This document shows positions 26,027 to 38,782 of a stretch of 64,000 nt of DNA, one piece after another. Positions within the stretch are counted from its first letter, which is position 1; each line of letters begins with the position of its first letter. Origin of the DNA: Lama glama (lineage: Eukaryota); NCBI GenBank assembly GCA_028534125.1, contig CM052817.1, positions 71,178,001 through 71,242,000 of the forward strand, in the 5' to 3' direction. The position numbers were made by a program, and so were the translations under genes. The notes below the pieces were generated by a model. It had not been told where the DNA came from. It did not search any database and was given only the letters and a program-made list of their open reading frames with translations.

Positions 26027-26511
26027 TGTATAACTGAGCAGAACCCTATAGGGCCTTCCCAGGACAGACCCCTCCCCCACATCCTCTGCTTTAGCTCCTC
26101 TCGGAAGTACACTTCCTGAGTTGTTTTATAGGTGTTAAAACCCCCACCAAATGGAAGAAGTTAACTACGTGGTGGTGACCATGAGCACGAGCACATAGCC
26201 CCCAGGCCTCCTGGAGCCTGAGGATTGATGTTAACCCCTTGTGACATCACCTGTTACATCATCAGCCAACCAGAGAATCGTAGTACATGAGCTGATCATA
26301 GACCCTGGGATGGCCCTCCCTCACCTGACCTTTAAAAATGCCTCCCTGAAACCCATCGGGGAGTTCAGGTGATTTGGGCATTAGCTGCCCTGGACTCCTT
26401 CCTTGTCTGGCGCCTTACAATAAATGCTGCACTTTCCTTCACCACAACCCGGTGTCAGTAGATTGGCTTTACTGCACTTGGGGGAGCAGACCCAAGTTTG
26501 GTTCGGTAACA
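26027..26511 (+). mobile_element. Solo ERV1-type LTR inserted in an L2
   Basis: TG...CA ends (ggttcggtaaca), TATA-like tttaaaa (~26331), AATAAA (26419-26424); L2-like flanks on both sides. Confidence 0.78.
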
Positions 26512-27124
26512 GTTTGACCGTGGTGGGATTTAAAGCTGAATCTAGGTGAGTTCACCAGCACGAAGTGAGAGAAATGACCAGAAGGAAGAGGCTGAGAAGA
26601 AGGCTAAGACCAGCAGGCCAGGCACAGAATGTGATGCCCTGAGGGGCTGACTACTGCTGCCTGGGGGCAGAGGAGGGTGAGAATGGTTAAGTGACTGTGA
26701 GGTTTGACACCAAGGAGGTCAGTGATTGTGCTGTGGTATCTGTGGAGAGGTCTAAAGAAAGGGTCAAGGAGAACTTCTGAAATGAGGAACTGAAGACCAG
26801 TTTTTCAAGAACTTTCAAGAGCTGTGAGGTCAGTCATTATGACAGGTATTATGCTAAACATTTTACTTCAGGATGCAGCTTCATTTTCTCAAAATTCCAG
26901 TTTCCATTTTAAAGGTAGAAAATGAGACACAAAAAAAAAAGACAGTAAATTGCCCAAGGCCAAGCAATGAGTAGGCGGTAAAGCTGGGATTTGAATCGTG
27001 CTTTTGTGAATCCACTGTCCTTCAACTACCTAACCCTTTAGTCCAGTCAATATAGCACTCCTGAGTAAATAGATAATTTAATGTCATTTTCTAATAAATA
27101 AAATATGTATGATTGACTAAAATA

Positions 27125-27130
27125 TTTATT
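27125..27130 (-). terminator. CFI polyadenylation signal AATAAA
   Basis: tttatt on +, about 170 nt after the stop codon. Confidence 0.75.
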
Positions 27131-27299
27131 TGAGAATTATACAGCAAAATTCCAATACAGCATAAACTTCAGAGACTTTTAAAAAATATCCAATAAAATT
27201 GTCTTTTCTTTTTCTCGAAGTACTAATTGTGCAGTATCATTTCAATTAAAATGGAACTCTTGAGAGGAAAAGAGCAGAAAGAAGAGAGAGATCACAGCT

Positions 27300-27551
<252 letters not shown>

Positions 27552-27849
27552 TTACTTCCATTTGTCAAGGCTGCCATGCTGACTACCTGCCTCTTCCACC
27601 AACGTCTGTACCAACTTCGACTTTTTTACCCTCTCCTGACAAGAAGTAACATGCGCTGTCCCTCACAGACCCTGGCTGGGCCCACAGAGCCGTAGAGATG
27701 CTGGGTGGGAAATACTGTCTGTTCTACTCATTCTCCAAATCTAGCAAGTGCTCTCTCTGCTTTCTCTCCTTTGTGGAAGTATATACTATGATGAGTTAGC
27801 AATCTGAAAGCAGCATCGAAGGCTGGGTGGGAAAATAATAGGACTACCT

Positions 27850-28050
27850 AGTGCTTAATCTGTATTCGTTGTTTTAATCCTCACCACAACCCTATGAGGT
27901 AAGTATCATTATCATCTCTTATTTTAAGATGAGACAAATAAGGCAGGGAGGGCTTAACTAACTTGTCCAAGGTCATCTAGCTAGTAAGTGGCAGAGCCTG
28001 GACTTGAACCCAGGCAGCCAGACCTCAGAGTTTGTCCTCTTAACTGTGAT
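27850..28050 (-). mobile_element. MIR
   Basis: aatcctcaccacaaccctatgaggtaagt...aacttgtccaaggtcatctagctagtaagtggcagagcctggacttgaacccagg. Confidence 0.85.
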
Positions 28051-28913
28051 TCTGCCCCCTGCTAGATTTTGCGCTATTCTCCCTTTTTGTCCTCTGTAAT
28101 CCTGAACTCCGTTTTAAGATGCGAGGGCACAGGGAATGGTCTGCTAACTTTCTTTTCACTCTAATGACTTCCTAAGATTTTTAAATCACTGTATCCAAGA
28201 AGTTATAGGATGCCAGTAACTCTGCCATTTTCTGTAATCCACTATGTATAAGTGGTTTCAGTAGAGCATCTGAAATGCTCTATGCTGGCCGGGACCCTGC
28301 CTTTGAGTCAGCACCAGAAGTACCGACTGCTGTAGTTGTGTTAGCCAGGGGCAGTGGTTTCTCTATGATATTAAAGGAGAGAGTGGCAGGTATTGTAAGA
28401 AGTGCAATGGGATTTCCAAGGAGGGAGAATTTACTTCCAAATGGATGAATTTGAAATGAGGTTATTTGGATTTTTATTTACAAGAGGTTTGGGTTGGGTC
28501 CTGGATATACCACTTCTTGTCTGTAAGGCGTGGGCAGCTGATGTAGCTGCTCTGTGTGTCACTTTTCTCATCTGTGAAGATCACCAATTTTGCAGATGAG
28601 GAAACATGCTCAAAGTCACACCAATTGCAACCGGTAAAAACCAGAATATAAACCCAGGCAGTCTGGTTCCAGAGTCTGTGCTCTTAGTCACCTGGCTATA
28701 CTGCTATGTAATAGCTTAACGAAGATTCTTCCTCTGGGTAGTAAGTTGTGGGAACTTGAGCTGAGGGGAAGGGACCGAAAGAATTTGATGATGCAACAGC
28801 TAGACGGCCAAAGGAAAGGGTTTGAGGCCCTGAGCAGGGGGTGACAAGGTGGGGAGGGAGAGGAGTTTGGTAGCGGGTATGGCGATATCTCCGAGAAGCC
28901 CCTCAGTACTTAC

Positions 28914-29018
28914 CTGCACACAACATTTCTTTTTCAAAGTAGCGATTTGAATAAAACTTAGAGCAGTTGTCTATTAGATGAACTTCACCCCACTTAAGTG
29001 AATAGACTTTTTGGTCAT
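28914..29018 (-). CDS. CFI: CFI exon 12
   Basis: Acceptor ttgtttag|AT, donor G|GTAAGT; 105 nt; [35 protein letters not shown]. Confidence 0.96.
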
Positions 29019-30679
29019 CTAAACAAAGTGAGAAAACAAACAGACATTTAGAAGTTACAAATGAGAAATTGAAATAAATATTTACTCTCATAATTTAGTA
29101 GACCATCAGGACCATTAAAAAAGATGTATATTCTTTAATGTATTTGTAAACCTTTGAGGATAATTCATTAACGTATTTAATCACACACTGCTCATATCCC
29201 CAGTTTGTATAATTGTCTTTCTAAAAATAGTCAAGGGACATTATTGAACCTAGGGCCCAAAGTCATGCTCATTTAATAACGAGCTGGGTGCTCTGAGGTG
29301 AACGAGATAGACTCCTTCTGCTCTGACCACTGAGTTCGGGGGGATATCTATCAAAATCTGGGATCAGGGTCTTCTCACATAAATAGCTCCTGTCTTATTA
29401 CAACCTCTTATTTTCTTGAAAGTGCTTGTTAGAGTGAAAACAACTTTTTAATATAAGAATTTAAAATGAAGAAAACACATATGAAGTTATCAGTATCTAT
29501 GTGTTTTTGTGTCTGTGAGGAACTCCATCTCCTAAATGATTTGAAAGTGATTGAAAGAGGACTTAGGATTTCCTTTCCACTTACAGATTTGGGATTTGAA
29601 CATTTTTGGTCCAAGGAAAGAGAAGGGCCAGGTACAGTTACTGACTAACAGTGCAGGGAAAAACCTAAGAACACAGCATGAGTTGTCTCAGGTTTAGGTA
29701 ATAAATCTTTGCCCCATCTCCCCTTATCTTTCTCCGAGCTTGCAGCAATTTTTACCTGCTCTAGGAGGGCAGGGGCGAAGCCTGATTCATTCACTGCTGC
29801 ACCAGCACCAGTTTCACGTGAGCACAAAGTACTTGCTTAATAGTTATGTAATTAAGTAATGCATAAACTCAGTAATTCAATGATACACTAAACACTTTAT
29901 GCCAAATGACTTGCCTCCTTAATTAATCTATAAACTACCTGGGGACAGAGACCTCTGGCTTATCCTGAGAGGACACCCCGACAGACCCCAGCTCTGTAGT
30001 GAGCACATAGTTGTTAACTGTAGGACTAAAATTCTTCTCTTCCGGGAAGCAGAGGGAGAAAAATAAATCCACCAACATATATGGCAAATCAGGAAAGAGT
30101 TTTCTTTTTTCTCTTTCAAGTCCTACTTCAAGTTAGTCTTAAGATGACTACCTTCTTCAGGATAAGAGCGTTCCAAAAATTAGTAATTTATTATTTCCCC
30201 TAACTCAGGAGAAGCCTTCAAAAACTAGCTCTTGGACAGTGTGAGTAATTTTTAATGACTCAGGAGATACATCCTCCCCTGAACTCTTGTTTTGTATATT
30301 TCTCGAGGCATCTGTCACATTCTGCTGGCTGACAGTGGCATTCATGTCTGATGGCGCTTCTGGACTGTAAGTCCCATGAGAGCTGGCTTTTGTCATTCTA
30401 CTTTGTAGCCTCAGCACCTAAGTTTGTTGACTGGGTCCATATTTTTCATCAGTGAAATACTAACACTTTGGCATTAATATCTTGCACTCACAGTAAGGGC
30501 TCAACAAATGTGTAAAACCACATTTGATTAATAAACAAATCAATGCATAAGAACATACCTACTAGTTTACAGAAAATACATAGAATAGAAGCACATATTA
30601 AATGCCACATAAGGATACACTCAGACAAATTCAAGGCATGGAAATTCTAAATAAGAATGACCTAGTTTCATTTAAAATA

Positions 30680-30846
30680 CTTAACTAAAAAACATTTTTT
30701 TGACAGCAGTTTTTTGGGGGAGAGCAGGTAATTAGGTTTATTTATTTGTTATTATTATTATTTTTTAATGGAGGTACCGGGGATTGAACCCAGGACCTTG
30801 TGCATGCTAAGCACACACTTTACCACTGAGCTATATCCTGCCACCC
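30680..30846 (-). mobile_element. tRNA-derived SINE (Vic-1-like) with TSD
   Basis: ggggattgaacccaggaccttgtgcatgctaagcacacactttaccactgagctata; TSD tcatttaaaata at 30668-30679 / 30847-30858. Confidence 0.88.
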
Positions 30847-31711
30847 TCATTTAAAATAAATACATTTTAAATAAAAGAAAGAGGTAACAGTTCTAAATTT
30901 AAAGAGATTTAAGAAAAACAACCACTAAATGCAATGTTTGAACTTTGTTTGGATTCCAGTGGAAATAATCTGGCTGTAAAAATATTTTGTAAATAATGGG
31001 CAAATATTAAACACAGATGGTTATTAGATGATAACAGAAAATGAATTAGAAAATGAATGGAATCATTTTTATTTTGTTGGGTCTGAATGGTATTGAGTTT
31101 TTGTTTTTGTTTTATTAAGTCCTTACCTGGTAAAAATGTATAGTGGAGTATTCATGGGTGAAATTACATGATATCTGGGATTTGATTTAATATGCTCCAG
31201 GAAAAATAAGTGTTGGGGGGAATATATTGAAAATCTCCTGATTGTCCTTTGGATCCATTCTCCACCCTTCTGTGCCCTCCCCTGCCCAGAGAGCCTGAGT
31301 GGGAGGGACTGCCTCAATAGGAATGTCTTCACTTCTTTCCAACAGGGGACTTTGGCAGAAGGGAAGGAGGGAAGGCGTGAGGATAGCAGGAGTGGAGCTG
31401 GCTCTAACCTTCAACCCAAGGTCATTACTTCTCTCAAGGTAGTCTGCTCTGAGGCTCTTTCTCCTTCTGGTAACTTCTCCTTTGCCTTATGCCTTCAGAT
31501 CTCGGAAAGGACTCAGCTCTGGTCCTGTTAGTCCTGGGTCCATGCAAAGCCCTTGTGGTTCCCCAACCTACCACCCACAACTTTGTTACTAACCCCTTTA
31601 TAGGTAAACTTTCCTAATAATCCTACTGTGATTGTGATCAATTCAGGGAGCTAAAACAAGAATAGTAGAATGATAACTGTGAAAACTGCATGATGAAAAG
31701 TATGCTTGTCA

Positions 31712-31828
31712 ATGTGACAATGAGTGTGTATATATCCATGAATGACTGAAAAATTGTGCTGAACACTGGAATTTGACACAACATTGTAAAATGATTATAA
31801 ATCAATAAAAAATGTTAAAAAAAAAAAA
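31712..31828 (+). mobile_element. 5'-truncated L1 with poly(A) and TSD
   Basis: TSD gaaaagta(t/g)gcttgtca at 31695-31711 / 31829-31845. Confidence 0.85.
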
Positions 31829-32561
31829 GAAAAGTAGGCTTGTCATACTTTATCTCTGCTTTTGTGTTTACATGTTAATGTGCATATGAAAGTTTTTTAA
31901 AAACAACAAATATAAGGACATAATACTTTCTGGATGAATTAATTACTAATACAATTCAGTATTTCATAAGTCTTGAGTATTCAAACATACCACAAATGCA
32001 AGTTAATTTATATGCATATTTTATACTTTTCAATATGGAATTTATAAAGAATGTTTTGGAATAGGAGTTTATAAGATCAAGTTATTTACACAGAGAGTTT
32101 GAGATCAAAAGGAAGCTGAATTTCTAGGCTAACTCTTCAAGATGAAGGAAAAAGCACTGGCTAATTTAATTCTAATCTATCTCTAATTTAGGAGATCTTT
32201 TAAGTAAGTTGTCCTTAAGTGTCTACATCTCTTGCTCATATGAATGTTCACTTCCAGTCTTCTTAGAAGCTCAAGGAATGTATTCTTTATGTTCCCTTTC
32301 TCTTTGTGGGATGTGGGGGTGTAAAAATGGAGAACAGGGAGCAGAGAGGAGAGAGCAGCAGGGTTGTAGGATCGGTGACTCAGCCTATACTAGGACTACC
32401 CCTTTGAAAACCTTTTTAATCCTCCATCAGTACCTTTCCAATGAACCCAAAAAGTCCATGCTGGATGTCCCCCTGTCACTCTACTTTTTTCTTGATGAAT
32501 GGCTAACCCTCAATGTATGTTTTAGTAGCACAGAGTACAGGTATCCTTTGAGACTCTGCAT

Positions 32562-32740
32562 CAGGATCTATTACATAATTGGTAGAACCCAGGGAAAATT
32601 GAAAATGTGAGATGGGGCCCTTGAAAAAATGATTAAGAAGTTAATGATAGTGACAGCAGAGCAGTAAACAAGGCCCTACGGTGCCCAGAGCTGGGGTGCT
32701 GGACACCTACTCAGGTCCTAAGCCCATGAAGCCAGCCCTG
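32562..32740 (-). mobile_element. MER45A-like hAT element
   Basis: caggatctattacataattg...ggggcccttg...gacagcagagcagtaaacaag...cccatgaagccagccctg. Confidence 0.65.
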
Positions 32741-32869
32741 GCTGACACTCACTTTCCTGGATTTGACACCATGTTTATCTCTGAGCACTCAGAAATTAGC
32801 TCCAATGCATTTCTAGTCCCATTCCTTTTCAACCTCTGAATTCTGATTAACAAGCTATAAAACATATAC

Positions 32870-33147
32870 CTCTCTCTCGACCCCAGCCGGAAATGATGCA
32901 TTTATCGTTAGGCTGAAATAGATATGGAGACCAGGGAACACAGGCAGGGACTGAATTAAACAGCATACATTCTTTTCGGCTCGGGTGTTTTTTCATTTCA
33001 ATCAAAGCTATGTCATTTTGGTAAGTGCTCCCATTGTACTTCTCATGGATAATAACTTCATTTACCGACTGAACGGTTATCTCAGGGCTGGGCATTAACC
33101 AGTCTGTAAATGATGCCCATATTTGGTAATGATGAGTTTTGCTGGCT
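32870..33147 (-). CDS. CFI: CFI exon 11 (catalytic Asp)
   Basis: Acceptor ctgttacag|A, donor G|GTATAT; 278 nt; [10 protein letters not shown]...[19 protein letters not shown]...[26 protein letters not shown]. Confidence 0.96.
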
Positions 33148-34039
33148 CTGTAACAGAAGGAAAAAGGAAATAAATACATTGGGAAAAAAACCCCCTAAAA
33201 ATTAGACTTCTGATGCTTCAGCTTTATAACTTTCCTTTTTAAGGAGCTTTTTCATTTTCCCAGGTTTTTAAAAATTATTTTTCATCCTTGCTGTCATGAA
33301 GCAGTGCAACTAAATCTTCTTAGGGCAGAATTAAAGAAAGTCAATAGGTAAATGGAGAGAGGAATAGTTCATCTAATTGCTCAATGTCAGGGACAGAAAG
33401 ATGTCACTAACAACCCAAGATGCCAGAAGTAGAATGAGTTGGCTGCCTCTGAGTGACAGCAATGGCACTGAAGGTGCTCAAGCAGAGACCAGATGGCATC
33501 AAGCCAGAAATGTGCTTGAGGAACTGGGAGGGCAGAGCACAGACTCTCATTACACTACTAACCCCAGAGGTTCCCAGGGCGAAGACCACAGCAATCATCA
33601 TCTTGACCTTTAAGACTGATTTCATCTTAACTTTGCATTGTGTTTATTTGCACACAAGCTTTTCCTCCTGTTTGTGCTACTTGAAGTCAAAGAGAGGGTC
33701 TTATTCATCTATGGGTAGATGCCTGTGCCTAGTAGTGGATCTGGAACACAGTAGCTGCTTGAAAACTTGGTGGAAATGGTGAATGAGCTAAATAATGTCT
33801 GTCCTCATGCCTCACTCCATTTTCATACCAATTTTCATCTTGTGGTTTCCGGCAAATCGAGCATCTACCACCATTGTCTCAGGGAATCACCTTACAGTTA
33901 AGCAGTGATGTCCTAGGAGCTAATGGGGCGTTCAGGATGCTTTTATTTATACTTAGTATTCCAAGAATGCTGTGCTTCATATTAATTTGGGTTGTTTTTC
34001 AGGATCAGAGGCTCTGAATATTGTTTACAGGTTAAGTCT

Positions 34040-35345
34040 GCTTATCCATTCAATTTACTCAGTAGATATTTGGTGCGCACCCACCGTTACATCAGGCACT
34101 GGGCTAGCCACTGGGATGCGGGAATGGGCAAGATCAGGAAGAGTTCCTGCCTTCGTGGAGCACAGGGTCTAGAGAAGGAAGCAGCTTTAAATGGATAATC
34201 CCACCATTGAAGATATGTATTCTACTGGGAAAAGTGAGAGGAACTCATAGCACATGGGCTTCTGAGAACTTATCAGGAAGGCTTTGACTTCAGGGAACCA
34301 GGGAAGGTTCTCTGAGGAAGTGAAGGTTGAGCTGAGATCTGAATCAAGAGTAGCACTAACTAGGGAAACATGGTAGGAAAGGCGATTTCAGGGTTGGGAA
34401 ACCATACATGTAGGTCTCTTTGCAGCAGGGAACAAGGTACATTTGAGCGGCTGAAAGGAGCCCAGAACAGATGGAGCAAGGAGCAAGAGGTGACGCTGTG
34501 AGGCAAGATGAGATTGGCAAAGGTAAGTAGATCACTTGGGGCCAGATGAGCCATGTTAAACATTCTGTTGAGTTTTTTTTTATCCCAAGAGGAATGCAAA
34601 GCCATTGAATTTTAAGTGGTAAGTGGTCAAAACCAGCTCTAGAACTACTACTCTCACTGCACAGTAGGCAATGGAGAGGTGGGGGCAGGGCTGGGCAGAG
34701 TGAACATCGGGGAGCTAACCAGGAGGTGGTGGGTGTTAGTGAAATCCAGAAGAGAGGTGAAAGCAGGATAACAGTGGGGATGGAAAGAAGCTTTGAGAAT
34801 TAAATAATTAGAAATTAAAAATGCCATCTGGAGTTGGCGATATCCTGGCTGGGCTGTGGTAAGACTGATAGAATGAATGCAGTGATTTTTAAATTTCTAC
34901 CTTGTGAAACTAGATGAACAGCATTGGTCATTTGCTAAGAAAATGAACACTAGGTCAGGACCATATTTGAGGAGAAAGGACGTATCATGAGCTCCATCTT
35001 AGATGTTTTGAATTTGATGTACTTCTGATAGAGCCAAGAGGTGCTGATAGTCAGCTGACTGTAGGATCAGTGATTGGAGAAGAGGTTTAGGCATACAGCG
35101 CTGTTTTAAAGTACAGATAATTTTAGAGAGAAGAAGTAAGAAGAGAAGAGGAAGCCAGGATACACACTGAGAAACTCCAGGATTTCACCTGAGCATCAGT
35201 GCTCAGTCACAGGAGGAGGAAACTGCAAAGAAGGATGAGGAGGCATGGTCAGAGAGGTAGGTAGCAAACCAAGAAAATGTTGTCTCACAGCAGCCAAGAG
35301 AATAGGGTCATTCAGAAGGAAGAGATGAAATTTGGTGCATTGCTC
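34040..35345 (-). mobile_element. L2 fragment(s)
   Basis: tccattcaatttactcagtagatatttgg..., ttctctgaggaagtgaaggttgagctgagatctgaa. Confidence 0.75.
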
Positions 35346-35479
35346 CAATCTACGAGAATCTTTATGGGTGTCATTCAACAGATTTCGTATCCCTCTCAAT
35401 TTTGGGCCCCCTGCAGATTTTCCAAGCAGGCCTTCATCTAAGTTACTGTCAAGTATGTTGAACTTGATTTTACTCCAGC

Positions 35480-35665
35480 TCTCGTACTGACTGGTAGGGT
35501 AGCTTTAGCCAAGTCATGTAACCTCCAGTCTCAGTCTGCTTATTAAGTAAATGAGAGAAATAATATTTACCTTTTAGTACTGTTGAGAATATTAAAATAA
35601 AATAACATATGTGAATGTGCTAGGCACAGTATCTGGTCTGTAAGAGGTGCTCAATAAATGATATT
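35480..35665 (+). mobile_element. MIR
   Basis: gccaagtcatgtaacctc...gtgctaggcacagtatctggtctgtaagaggtgctcaataaatg. Confidence 0.75.
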
Positions 35666-35977
35666 CTGTTCATTCTAAAGGTCAGAAGTGAGGCCAGATT
35701 CCTAAACTGTGTCCTCCCAGCTGATCTTGCGCCATGCAAATGAGCCAAGTGAAATAACTTGGCACCTACAGGCTTGATCTGTCCTTGCCAGCTGGAACCC
35801 ACTGGGTTCTGGGGAACTGGCCTCTGGGATTCTGATCATGAATATCAGAGAGTATTAAGCAGATAATAGAGTGGGACTTGTAAATGACTATATACATTTT
35901 CATTTATCACCTGCCACAACCTCTATTACCCAATTTCTTCATTTTAGGACCCCAAATCTACTGGAGATGTTTTTTAC

Positions 35978-36081
35978 CTGACACAATGTGCAGCAGTCAG
36001 AATCCAACAGCCACCGATATAAATTCCTCCACAGTTGATTTTATTTCCTTCCTTAATTGCCACCTGCCATGGGAACTGCCC
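35978..36081 (-). CDS. CFI: CFI exon 10 (serine protease, catalytic His)
   Basis: Acceptor tcttttcag|GGG, donor AG|GTAAAA; 104 nt; [34 protein letters not shown]. Confidence 0.97.
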
Positions 36082-36259
36082 CTGAAAAGACATTTATGTG
36101 GTCACTGCCATCCTACTAGACAGCAATACAAACAAGTGGCTGAAAGATATTTCCATTTCAAGACTCTCAGTCTCTTATAATTACATATCCATCCCCTCCC
36201 CCTTTTCAAACTTGGGCTGCTCCTGGGAAGTGACATGGTAACTTCTCATGCAGGTTTAC

Positions 36260-36363
36260 CACTTTTGCCAGCTTTCCTCCTACGACTCGTTTCCGTCGAA
36301 TGGGCATGTTCTTTTTAACTCCACAGGATAATTTAGGGAAAAGTGACTTTATCCATTTTCTTT
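36260..36363 (-). CDS. CFI: CFI exon 9 (RRKR furin site, heavy/light chain junction)
   Basis: Acceptor ttcttaaag|AA, donor GTG|GTAAAC; 104 nt; [35 protein letters not shown]. Confidence 0.96.
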
Positions 36364-38084
36364 CTTTAAGAAAGGAAGAGATTGTATCGTTATGATTTTG
36401 AAACCATAAGTGGGCAAACTTCCTGATTATCTGCTGCAAAAACAGTAAAGTCACAGTTAGTATGAAGCAGACCAGATTCATTAGTAAGTTATTTTGGATG
36501 CTAAACTGTGCTATTCACCTTGTTCAAAAACACGGGCTTAATATGAAAATCGGCTTGATTCTCTGAAGTTCTGCCTAAAGGTGGAGTAGCAGCAGAAAGA
36601 GGCTGCCTGGGGAGTTAAATGTGTACCAGCCTCTGGCAGGTGAGAGATGCACATGCTCAGGCATTGCTGCTGTGACAATTCAGGATGGGGGTGACACCTC
36701 GGGATGGCGGTCACAGGGAGAACTCCAGCTTCTCACTTTCATGGGTTTTACTTTCTAGAGGCTGTTTATATGGGGCTCTTTTCAATAATGTTAATATTAA
36801 CATTGATGAGGCTACTACTGAGTAAGCTCTATGTGTCAGGCTCCAGGCTAAGTACCGTGTATATAGTTTATCTCATTTAGTGATCATATGAACTCTGAGA
36901 GGTGATGTGCCATGAACCCCTGGACAATCCAGGATCAGTCGGTGGGGAGGGGGGCTGTGTTTTTAGCCACTTGACATGTGATGATGTCTCCTTCCTCTGT
37001 GAGCCCTCAGGCATGGCACATTTGTCACTGGGAAACATGGTAGAGCAAGACTTAAGACATGAATTTGCACGAGAATTCATGACAAAGGAAGAAAGTAAAC
37101 ATATAAGATGCTCTCCTTATTGTATCATGTCTTGAACATTTTTGCAAACTTGCTTCTTAGCCTCAAATGAGAAAGAAAAAAATAATATCATTCTCAATTA
37201 CTATGAACATATAAGAAGGAGGTAGGTCCTCAAGGGAGAGATGTTGTGAACAAATGTTGATAGAATATTTTTTGGAGGGAGTCCCACCCATCCTAAGAAC
37301 TGGGTTGGGTGAAGAATGTGATGATAAATTTTAAATTTCTGATTGGACTTTTGAAAGAGGAGAGACCTTACCTACTGAGGACTGTGAAACCAGCTTGGGT
37401 AGTATCTGAAAATTAATATTACCTTGAATAGAAAATAAAGGGCCTTTGTTGGAAATCCCTCGGACTGATATCTGTAACTTTGAGCTCTAAATCTTTCACT
37501 CGTTGTCTGATTTTTTTTAAACCGTTGACTGATTTTGGGGCCTGACAATTAGAAGGGAGTCTTACATGAATTTCAGTTTTAAATCCCCCTAAAATAGGGA
37601 GATATTTCATTCCCAATTTGCATTTGAGCTTGTTACTCACCTAAGGTCACACTGCTAACAAACAAGTGAGACAAGCCAGTCTGACTCAAAGCTCTTACTG
37701 ATCACTGTCTTCCCAGGAACAGGGTACTTTAATTAAATTTGGCTGTAAGTACCCAACTGGCCTGGATACAGATCTTCAGAGACCTTCTGTTATCATGGTT
37801 TAAAACGTTGCAAAAAAACAGGTTAATTCAATTACATCTATCTATTTCAAAACTTATGTCCTGGATCACATGTGAAATCTGATTGTTTTTTGACAAAACC
37901 GACCTGACAAAGCTCATAACAAGTAGAAAAACCATATGTGGGACTAGAGTATTGTTTTCATTTCAAAATTAGCCATATGTATGAACCCATTTTAAAAGCA
38001 GTTCTCAAGAAGCATTCATGTTTATTTTTCTTAAAAGTGGTAAGGAAAGAAGTAATTTTTAAAATTTAAATTAATATGGAAGGT

Positions 38085-38220
38085 TGAATACATGTATATT
38101 CATGTATGACTGAAAAATTGTGCTGTACACCAGAAATTGACGCGACATTGTAAACTGACTATAACTCAATAATAAAAAAAAGAAAGCCAAGAAAAATAAC
38201 AATTTACTTAAGAGAAAAAA
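38085..38220 (+). mobile_element. 5'-truncated L1 with bipartite tail
   Basis: catgtatgactgaaaaattgtgctgtacaccagaaattgac...; degenerate TSD at 38068-38084 / 38221-38236. Confidence 0.8.
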
Positions 38221-38355
38221 AAATGATATGTAAGGTAATTGTTACCTGAATCAATTATATCACCCATATGCATACATATTCACACATGTGCATATGACAT
38301 TAAAATGCAAATTTAACCAGTGAAGCACCAGTTAAAAAGAATAGTGTTAACTTAC

Positions 38356-38391
38356 CTGCATCCATATCAGCAGTCAAAATTTCTGTTTCTT
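38356..38391 (-). CDS. CFI: CFI exon 8
   Basis: Acceptor ttttcctag|AA, donor G|GTAAGT; 36 nt; EETEILTADMDA. Confidence 0.95.
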
Positions 38392-38499
38392 CTAGGAAAA
38401 AACAGTCAAATGTTTAAAGTTATGTTTATAGTAAAAATTAAGTCACTAAAATCATTTAAATTTTGATAATAATTTTCTGTCTCAAAACTTGTCCTACCA

Positions 38500-38782
38500 C
38501 CTACAGACATAGAAAACAAACTTATGGTTTCAAAAGAGGAAAGGAGGGGAGGGATAAATTAGGAGTTTGGGATTAACAGATACAAACTACTATATATAAA
38601 ATAGATAAACAACAAGGATTTACTGTATAATAGGGAACAATATTCAATATCTTGTAAAAACCTATAATGGAAAATAATATATAACTGAATCACTTTGCTG
38701 TACACCTGAAACTAACACAATATTATGAATCAACTATGTTTTGATTAAAAAAAACAAAAAAAAAGAACTAAAACAAAATAAA
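38500..38782 (+). mobile_element. L1 3' UTR
   Basis: acagacatagaaaacaaacttatggtt...gaatcactttgctgtacacctgaaactaacac plus A-rich tail. Confidence 0.88.

Noticed and set aside
36270..36300. Light chain starting VVGG instead of IVGG
   Set aside because: Val is an accepted N-terminal residue in trypsin-family proteases; the RRKR site and catalytic triad are intact.
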